From positions 45,618-109,617 of the forward strand of contig CANQQT010000003.1 in the NCBI GenBank assembly GCA_947626065.1: DNA of 64,000 nucleotides. Direction: 5' to 3'. The position numbers were made by a program, and so were the translations under genes. This stretch comes from an uncultured Clostridia bacterium. GTDB lineage: Bacteria; Bacillota; Clostridia; Oscillospirales; CAG-272. How positions within the stretch are numbered: the stretch's first letter is position 1; every line of letters starts with the position of its first letter. Shown here piece by piece: positions 28,667 through 35,587 of this stretch. Below the pieces are notes generated by a model. That model saw nothing but the letters and a program-made list of their open reading frames with translations. It had not been told where the DNA came from and searched no databases.

Positions 28667-29959
28667 ATGAACACATTCGATCGGATTATCGGGTATTCCT
28701 CCATCAAAAAAGAGCTAATGCAGATCAGCGACACGCTGAAGAACCGGGAGGCCTACGAAAAGCTCGGCGTTTCCGCGCCGAGAGGACTGCTCCTCTACGG
28801 GGAGCCGGGCCTCGGGAAATCCCTGATGGCGAGCGCCGTGATTGCGGACAGCGGCCTCCGCTATTTTCTCCTCCGCAAGGATCGGCCGAACGGGGATTTT
28901 GTCAAGGAGATCAAGACGGTTTTCAAGGAAGCGAAGGAAAACGCCCCGGCCATCGTCTATCTTGACGATATGGACAAATTCGCAAACGGGGACGAGCGCC
29001 ACCCCGACGCTGAGGAATACGTCACGGTACAGTCCTGTATCGACGAGGTGAAGAAAGAAGCGGTTTTCGTGCTGGCGACGGCCAACAATATCCGCTGTCT
29101 GCCGCGTTCTCTTCTGCGCGCCGGTCGGCTCGACCGCAAAATCAAGGTGGAGCCGCCGCACGGGCGGGACGCGGAGGAGATCGTCGCTTACTACGTCCGG
29201 AGCAAGAAGTTTGCCCGCGACATCGACGTGAAGGCCGTCGCGCACTTGATGGACGGATGCTCCTGCGCGGAGCTTGAAACGGTCATCAACGAGGCCGGGC
29301 TCTATGCGGGATATGAGCGGGCGGAGCAGATTACGCTGGAGCATTTCATGGCGGCCTATCTGCGCACCGTCATGAACGAACCGGCGTCGGAGGACGATTT
29401 TGGCGAGGATTTGTCCTCCGAGGAGGAAATCCGCCGGCAGGTGGTCTGGCATGAAGCCGGGCACGCCGTCGTTTCGGAGGTTCTCTGTCCGGGAAGCGTC
29501 ACGCTCGTCAGCGCACGCAGCGGCGCGGGGCGCGGCGGTTTTACCAATTATTACAACGACCGCACAAGGTCGGGTCTTTACTGGCGGAAAAGCCGCATCA
29601 TCGGCTCGCTGGGCGGAATTGCCGCCACCGAGCAGAAATTCGGCCTTGTGGAGGAGGGCGGGAGCCGTGACCTCGACGCCGCGTTCCGGGCCGTTCGGAA
29701 TTCGGTGACAGAGGACTGCGCCTGCGGGCTTCATCTCCATTCGGGCGGGTATGAAGACTCCCAGCGCCTGGTGGCGGAGCAGGAGCAGGCGATTTCCTCC
29801 GAGGTGGAAAAGTATTTCCGCAAGGCCAAGGAAATCCTTGCGCTCAACGCGGAATTTCTGGAAAAGCTCGCCGCCGCGCTTTCCGAAAAGTCGCTTCTCT
29901 CGGCGGTGGATATCGAAAGAATCCGCTCGGAGTGCAAAATCGTGTCCGTCGCGATATAG
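28667..29959 (+). CDS. Soluble FtsH-like AAA+ / M41 metalloprotease-domain protein without transmembrane anchor
   Basis: Walker A is GEPGLGKS and the second region of homology is ATANNIRCLPRSLLRAGRLDRKI. The M41 HEXXH motif is WHEAGHAV, followed by GGSRDLDAA. No N-terminal TM helices are present. Walker B reads VYLDDMD. Confidence 0.8.
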   Translation: MNTFDRIIGYSSIKKELMQISDTLKNREAYEKLGVSAPRGLLLYGEPGLGKSLMASAVIADSGLRYFLLRKDRPNGDFVKEIKTVFKEAKENAPAIVYLDDMDKFANGDERHPDAEEYVTVQSCIDEVKKEAVFVLATANNIRCLPRSLLRAGRLDRKIKVEPPHGRDAEEIVAYYVRSKKFARDIDVKAVAHLMDGCSCAELETVINEAGLYAGYERAEQITLEHFMAAYLRTVMNEPASEDDFGEDLSSEEEIRRQVVWHEAGHAVVSEVLCPGSVTLVSARSGAGRGGFTNYYNDRTRSGLYWRKSRIIGSLGGIAATEQKFGLVEEGGSRDLDAAFRAVRNSVTEDCACGLHLHSGGYEDSQRLVAEQEQAISSEVEKYFRKAKEILALNAEFLEKLAAALSEKSLLSAVDIERIRSECKIVSVAI

Positions 29960-29996
29960 GCGGGAAAAACAGGCTCCTTATCCCTTGAAAGGAAAA

Positions 29997-30033
29997 ATCC
30001 TCGCCGCTTTATAAAAGCGATGAGGATTTTTCT
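29997..30033. terminator. Intrinsic terminator between convergent genes
   Basis: An imperfect 13-bp stem pairs ATCCTCGCCGCTT with AAGCGATGAGGAT. It is flanked by an A-run and a T-run. Confidence 0.6.
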
Positions 30034-30059
30034 GTGTATGATTCACGCAGTTTCTTCTG

Positions 30060-30239
30060 TCAGTCGTTCTTTCCGTCTTCTTTCGCCGCGCAGTGCTTTG
30101 CCTTTGCCCGGTTATAGGCCTTGGGATCCGGAGGCTTTCTCGTAACCGGGTTTAAGGCGCCCCATCCGCGGCGGCGCTTTTGGTTTTCCTCACTCTGCCT
30201 TTTCTTTGACAGCTTTTGAAAGGGTACAAATTTTTTCAT
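30060..30239 (-). CDS. Small basic protein (59 aa) translationally coupled to rtcB
   Basis: It is below the ORF-track size cutoff. Its ATG overlaps the rtcB stop as ATGA. The translation is MKKFVPFQKLSKKRQSEENQKRRRGWGALNPVTRKPPDPKAYNRAKAKHCAAKEDGKND. The NPVTRKP..KAYNR core resembles small proteins I recall from other gut Firmicutes. Confidence 0.45.
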   Translation of the reverse strand: MKKFVPFQKLSKKRQSEENQKRRRGWGALNPVTRKPPDPKAYNRAKAKHCAAKEDGKND

Positions 30240-31387
30240 CTTCGTTTGCCTTCTTTTTGGGGGCGGCGTTTTCTCCCGGGATGCTCGCTTCCTTTAAAAT
30301 TATAGATCGGGCGGATGACACTCTCTACCCGCACGGTTGCCGTGACGTTCTTTAAAAGCTCCTCCATAGACTTATAGGCCATGGGGCATTCGTCCAGGGT
30401 GTCGGCGTCGGCCGTGGTCGTAAAAATGCCCGCCATTTCCTTTTTAAAAGCGGAGACGGTAAAGGACGCCCTTGCCTCTTTCCTGCTCATCAGGCGCCCC
30501 GCGCCGTGCGGAGCGCTTTGGTTCCAATCCTCGTTTCCGAGGCCCGTGCAGATGAGCGCGCCGTCTCTCATATTGATGGGAATCAGCAGTTTTTCCCCCG
30601 CTTTGGCGGAAACAGAGCCTTTTCGCAGGATTCCCGCCTGTAGGTCGATGTAATTATGCACAGTGGAAAAGCTGTCCTCTTCCGTCAGGTGCATCCCGTC
30701 AAGGATTTCTTCCTTTATGATCCTACGGTTCAGCGCGGCGAATTCCTGCATCAGCTCCATGTCGTGCAGATAGCTTGCCATGCTCTGCCCGGTGAGATAG
30801 GCAAGCGCATACGGAACGTCGGTTTGCCCTTCGGCACATAAATCGCGGTAGGCCCGATCCTGATAATATTCCGCCACACAGAGCCCCAGATTCCGGCTCC
30901 CGGTGTGAATCACCAGATACAGGCCGTCCTCGCCTTTGTCCACCTCGATAAAATGATTGCCGCCGCCCAGCGTGCCGAGGCTTTCCAAAGCGCGCCGGGT
31001 ATCCACCTTGCGGAAACAGCGCAGCCGCTCGATATCGATTTTTTCGTGGCCGCGGGGCGGCCTCTCGCGCACCGAAAAGCCGCTGGGAATCTGTTGTCGG
31101 ATAAAGCTGTCCAGCCTCGAAAGATCGATGCGCTTTTCCTTGAGCTTTACCGTTTCCATCCCGCAGCCGATATCCACGCCTACCAGATTCGGCACGATTT
31201 TGTCGGTCACCGTCATGGTGGTGCCGATGGTACAGCCCTTTCCGGCGTGCACGTCCGGCATGATCCGGATTTTGCTGTTTTCGGCGAAGGGCTGATTGCA
31301 GAGCGCGGTAATCTGTCCAATCGCGGAGGGCTCCGCCACGTCGGCAAAAACCTTGGCCGAGGCGTATTTTCCATTGATTTCAAACAT
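30236..31387 (-). CDS. rtcB: RNA-splicing ligase RtcB
   Basis: Metal and GMP-histidine motifs are present: MPDVHAGKG, GCGME, HTGSRNLG, HNY and APHGAGR. Confidence 0.92.
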   Translation of the reverse strand: MFEINGKYASAKVFADVAEPSAIGQITALCNQPFAENSKIRIMPDVHAGKGCTIGTTMTVTDKIVPNLVGVDIGCGMETVKLKEKRIDLSRLDSFIRQQIPSGFSVRERPPRGHEKIDIERLRCFRKVDTRRALESLGTLGGGNHFIEVDKGEDGLYLVIHTGSRNLGLCVAEYYQDRAYRDLCAEGQTDVPYALAYLTGQSMASYLHDMELMQEFAALNRRIIKEEILDGMHLTEEDSFSTVHNYIDLQAGILRKGSVSAKAGEKLLIPINMRDGALICTGLGNEDWNQSAPHGAGRLMSRKEARASFTVSAFKKEMAGIFTTTADADTLDECPMAYKSMEELLKNVTATVRVESVIRPIYNFKGSEHPGRKRRPQKEGKRR

Positions 31388-31524
31388 AGGGGGTTCCTTT
31401 CTTCATCTGTAAAGCGTCGTAGATTTTGTGATAGACAAGCTGGTTCGGATGTTTCTTTGAGGAATGAAAGAGGTGGTTCCGGAAAATACCACGGCATAGA
31501 GGCGCGGGACTTCCTGCTTCCCTT

Positions 31525-32547
31525 CTATTCGGTTTTCAGCCCCATTTCCCGCAGCATACGGATAAACTCGTCTTTATCTATCGCCCCGTCTGCGAGGGCT
31601 TTTTGCAGTCCCGGGCCAAAGTGGACAACCGGTGTTCCCCAGCCCCTCATGCGGGGATAAAGCTCTTCCGGCGTCCAGCCGCGATTGCACCAAAGGCGCT
31701 GATTGTTGCCCATCGCGAAGACGGCCTCCAGCAGCGTTTCCGTCTGTTTGGCGCTGAGCTCCACGCCCATGGCGTTCAGACTCGCAAAAAAAGCGTCGAT
31801 GGAAGCGTTTTGTATTCCGTGGCCGATGTTTCTCGGGGTTTTGAGATCGTCGATCAGGTACTGCACGGCGTTGACGCTGTGTAGCTTTTCCTCAAATTCC
31901 TTTGCTTGTTGCGGATTTGCCTGGCACCCGGAAATTTCCCCGCGCAGACAGCGTAGCGCAAAGTCATCGTTTGGGCTTATATAGGAAAAATCCCGCAGAT
32001 ACTTGCCGACATACGGGCAGGGGTGAAGGTTTCCGTCCTCGTCGGTATATTCGGCAAGCGTGGATTTGAGGTCGCTTAAAAGACGGCGCAGTTTTTTCTC
32101 CTGCGGGCTTTCCGGAGGGGATACGAAGGACAGCAGATTGGCCGGAACGTAATAAGGCTTTCCCGTTGCCTCGTCCTGTACGGCGTACAGGTCGTGGAAT
32201 TTCCCGTAACGGTGAGTGATAAGAGACCGATGTGCGACGATACGAAGGGAATCCCTCCGCTTTTCTTCGGAGTATACCTCGTCAGCTTCAAAAACGTAAA
32301 ACGGCAGCTCCTCCCGGCGCAAAATTCCCAAAGCCTGATAGAGCTCCCGCCGGTGGAGAAGGACGGTTTCCGCTTTTGTCGAGAGCTCCCGATAGACGTC
32401 CCAGGCGTCTTCGGAAGGAATCACGCCGTAAAGATTGGCGCAGGCCGAAAAGAAGGTGCGCAGAAACGCGATTTGCTCCTCTTTCAGTCCGGCTTCTTCA
32501 TACAGGCGGGCGAGGCTTTTTTCGGATAGCGGTTTCGGATAGGACAT
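31525..32547 (-). CDS. Hypothetical protein (340 aa), upstream of rtcB
   Basis: It is a long non-repetitive ORF with a GGAGG RBS (aggaggaagtcccATG). I recognise no motifs in it. Confidence 0.6.
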   Translation of the reverse strand: MSYPKPLSEKSLARLYEEAGLKEEQIAFLRTFFSACANLYGVIPSEDAWDVYRELSTKAETVLLHRRELYQALGILRREELPFYVFEADEVYSEEKRRDSLRIVAHRSLITHRYGKFHDLYAVQDEATGKPYYVPANLLSFVSPPESPQEKKLRRLLSDLKSTLAEYTDEDGNLHPCPYVGKYLRDFSYISPNDDFALRCLRGEISGCQANPQQAKEFEEKLHSVNAVQYLIDDLKTPRNIGHGIQNASIDAFFASLNAMGVELSAKQTETLLEAVFAMGNNQRLWCNRGWTPEELYPRMRGWGTPVVHFGPGLQKALADGAIDKDEFIRMLREMGLKTE

Positions 32548-32713
32548 GGGACTTCCTCCTAATCAATTTTTGAATCCTGAGGGTTCCTTTGAAAAAATTT
32601 TCCGTGCGGGAAACGATACCTCTCCTTCCGATTTTAACATGAAGGGGGCCATGCTGTCAAGAGCTTTTTCTGTGTTTTTAGGCATATAGTGAATCCCCCT
32701 CCCTACCCGAAAA

Positions 32714-32749
32714 CCCCCGGCCTTCTCCCGAAAGGACGAAGGCCGGGGG
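32714..32749 (-). terminator. Hairpin terminator downstream of the Q-rich gene
   Basis: An 11-bp perfect stem pairs CCCCCGGCCTT (32714..32724) with AAGGCCGGGGG (32739..32749). The T-run is short. Confidence 0.5.
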
Positions 32750-32795
32750 TTGTTTGGACAAAAAGGAACCTTTTAAACGTGCCGGAGAATTTTTG

Positions 32796-34013
32796 TTACT
32801 GAGAATCCTCCGTGCCCTTCTCCTGCGGGGCCTCTGCTTGCTCAGACGCTTTCGACGCCGAAGGAGTCTCCGAATCCGCAGACGCTCCCTGCGGAGCCTT
32901 TTCCTGCTCTTCCAGCTGTCGCAGAAGCTCTTCCTGCTGGCGGAGCTGTTGCTGGTGCAGTCTTTCCTGCTCCTCTCTCTGCTGGCGGAGCTGTTGCTGA
33001 CGGAGCTCTTCCTGCTCCTGCAGCTGTTGACGACGGAGAAGCTCCTGCTGCTGTCCGATCTGCTGTTGACGAAGCTGTGCCTGCTCCTCCTTCTGCCTGT
33101 CGAGGAGCTCCTGCTGTTGAGCCAACTGCTGTTGGCGGAGCTGTTGCAAAACGGCCTGTTGCTGTTGCTTCATCTCCTCCTGCTGGCGGAGCTGTTGTTG
33201 ACGGAGCTGATCCTGCTGAGCCCTCTGCTGTTGCTTCAGCTGTTCCTGCTGTTCCGCATAGGGCAGGGCGGGATCGATGGAGAGCGGCGGGACGGCGACT
33301 TCGGCGGGCGCTTTTCTCTCCTGCGGCCTTTGTACCTGCTGGGGCTGAGGCTGAGGCGGCTGATATTGCGGCTGGCGCACCGGCGGCTGGTAGGGAGGCT
33401 GTCCGTTTGCCGCGGGGGCCTGCTGAGGCTGTTGAGGCTGTTGCGGCTGCTGCGGTTGTTGTGTCTTTTGCGGTTGCTGAGTCTGCGCATAAGCGGTCTG
33501 CGCGTAGGCGGCCTGCTGAGCCTGCGCGTAGGCGACGGCGGCCTCTTTGTTCCGCACGCTGTCGACGACGGTACAGATCAGCCGGATGAGGAACAGGGCG
33601 GCGATGACGATGGCCATGGGGAACATCATCTTGTAGACGAGAGTCAGAATCTCTTCGCCCTCGTTCGTCGGCGGGACGAGGTCATAGCACAGGAGGGTCG
33701 ATCCCGCGCCGAAGAGAAGCCCCACGAAGGAGGACCACACCTTGGGGATAATCGCCCAGAGGACGGAAACGGCGCTGACGACTACCGCAATCCAGAATTC
33801 GATGCGAACCTTCGACAGTTCCTCAGGGAAAAAGGACGAATCCTCGAGCATATCAAGGAAAGAAAGCTCATCGGTGCCAAAGATGGTTGACACCGACACC
33901 ATCGGCAAAAACCAGAAGACGGTGAGAGCAATCGTTGCCGCTACGGTGAGAAGGGTGAAAATCACCGTCGCCGCAGAGGTCTTTTTCTTCGGGGGCGCAT
34001 AGTAGGCGTTCAT
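32796..34013 (-). CDS. Membrane protein (4 TM) with about 250-aa glutamine-rich coiled-coil-like tail
   Basis: An N-terminal TM bundle is followed by QQPQ repeats and many LRQQQ/QQEEL heptad-like repeats. The Leu-rich + ORF 32754..33890 is the antisense CTG/CAG shadow. Confidence 0.7.
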   Translation of the reverse strand: MNAYYAPPKKKTSAATVIFTLLTVAATIALTVFWFLPMVSVSTIFGTDELSFLDMLEDSSFFPEELSKVRIEFWIAVVVSAVSVLWAIIPKVWSSFVGLLFGAGSTLLCYDLVPPTNEGEEILTLVYKMMFPMAIVIAALFLIRLICTVVDSVRNKEAAVAYAQAQQAAYAQTAYAQTQQPQKTQQPQQPQQPQQPQQAPAANGQPPYQPPVRQPQYQPPQPQPQQVQRPQERKAPAEVAVPPLSIDPALPYAEQQEQLKQQQRAQQDQLRQQQLRQQEEMKQQQQAVLQQLRQQQLAQQQELLDRQKEEQAQLRQQQIGQQQELLRRQQLQEQEELRQQQLRQQREEQERLHQQQLRQQEELLRQLEEQEKAPQGASADSETPSASKASEQAEAPQEKGTEDSQ

Positions 34014-34337
34014 GACTTTTTCTCCTTAAAATGAAATGGATTTCCCCCGCGGGCCTTTCGCGGCTTCTTTTTCGGAAAAGGAGCTCCCGATAAGAGCCGA
34101 TTATTTTCCCGGAAAAAAGGCGCCTGCGCAAGGGCTTCCGAAAAGGGGATGAAGGGAATACTTTGTCTCATTATAGCATATGCGACGGGACAAATCAAGT
34201 CTTTTCGTCACATTTTGGAAGGTTTTTGAAAAGATTTTTGCTTTTTTGAGGATCGTGGAGAGGGTGCCGCGGCAAGAACAAGGCCGGCCGTCTCCTTTTT
34301 GAGGAAACAGCCGGCGCGACGGTTTTCCGTTTCCGTT

Positions 34338-34853
34338 TCAGTTGGCCGGGAAGGGCGGCTGAGGCATGGCGGCAGGGGCCTTTGCGGCGGGCTTTTTGTT
34401 CTTGATGAGAATAACCAGCTTGGCAATCGACAGAACGATGAAAGCGACCGAGAAGATGCAGATGAAGGTGCTGGCGGCTGTCGGGGACATATGGTCCTGT
34501 TTTTTCCAGTCAAGGGTCTGGCTGATCATGAGGAGGGCGGGAAGAAGTCCGTAGATCGCGCCGACGACGGCGGCCCATTTTTTCGGGATAACGGCCCAGA
34601 TAACGGAGATTCCGAAGAAGACGAGGAGCATGGCGAAGATGCCTTCCGTATCGGCCATTTTTTCAACCTGTGAGAAGGTGAAGGTGCTTCCCAGCGCCTT
34701 TACCACCGGCAGGAAGAGGAGCACGAACGCCAGCAGGGCGGCGAGGGTGGTGAGAAGGGTGACGAGGCGGACGGGGTTGATGCTCGACTTCGCGGTGGGG
34801 GTAATGGGGGCCTTGACGGGGGAATTGTTGAGGTTGGTGTTCTGCGTGTTCAT
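34338..34853 (-). CDS. Membrane protein, short paralog of the N-terminal domain of 32796..34013
   Basis: GISVIWAVIPKKWAAVVGAIYG in this protein compares with VSAVSVLWAIIPKVWSSFVGLLFG in the neighbour, and the TM layout is the same. Confidence 0.65.
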   Translation of the reverse strand: MNTQNTNLNNSPVKAPITPTAKSSINPVRLVTLLTTLAALLAFVLLFLPVVKALGSTFTFSQVEKMADTEGIFAMLLVFFGISVIWAVIPKKWAAVVGAIYGLLPALLMISQTLDWKKQDHMSPTAASTFICIFSVAFIVLSIAKLVILIKNKKPAAKAPAAMPQPPFPAN

Positions 34854-35069
34854 GACGTTTCTCCTTTGTGATGAAAAGTTTTTTTGTTTTTGTCTTTGGC
34901 TTTTTTGCCTTACACCCTATAGACGAAAGAAAACGCGGGCAGGTTTTAGATTTTTAAAAAAATTTCGATTTTTTCGGAAAAACGGAAGAAAAAGTCGAGA
35001 ATCTTCTTTAAAAGGCTCCGCCTTCCCTCAAAAAGTCCTCGGCGGAGGCTTTTCGGCCCCGTTTGGGTC

Positions 35070-35109
35070 TTGCTTTCCTTCCCGCTCTATGATATAATAG
35101 GAAGGAAAG
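35070..35109 (+). promoter_or_regulatory. Extended -10 promoter bracketed by a perfect 10-bp inverted repeat
   Basis: TTGCTT (35070..35075), a 17-nt spacer, then TGaTATAAT (35090..35098). CTTTCCTTCC (35073..35082) and GGAAGGAAAG (35100..35109) form an inverted repeat around the -10. Strand assignment is uncertain. Confidence 0.4.
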
Positions 35110-35587
35110 CGAACGGAGCGCCTTTTTTCCCCGCACCGTCCCGTATTTCCCTGGCCGAAGGCCTCGCGGAAGTCTTCTTTACAGAAGAGAAGCGCCGTCC
35201 CGGATTTTTTGCGCGGCGCTACTTCCCGAGCCTTCCTTAATAAAAAAGCCGCCGGCGGGATTTCTTGCCGACGCGCCGCGCTTTCCCGCACGCGCCCTTA
35301 TCTTCTGTTCTTTTCTCTGACCCTGTCGAAAAATTTTCGCGCATTCGTACCGAAATTTTTCGCAAAATAAAACCTCCCCGCCTCTTTTTTCGTCGGTATA
35401 GTGAAGGCAATTTTACCCCGAAAGGAGGTGGAGAAAGTGAACAAGGCGCCGGACTATCGGCAGCTGATAAGAAGCTGGATGCAGTTTTATCAGATCACAG
35501 CCGAACGATCCAAAAAAATGTTTGTGTCAATTTTAGTACGGGTACAGGAATCCCGGGAAAAGAAAAACGAAAGAGGAGGAGACAAAA

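Noticed and set aside
32754-33890. A 378-aa Leu-rich + strand ORF
   Set aside because: It is the CTG-rich antisense of the CAG (Gln)-rich gene 32796..34013. The minus-strand product has a coherent TM domain and RBS.
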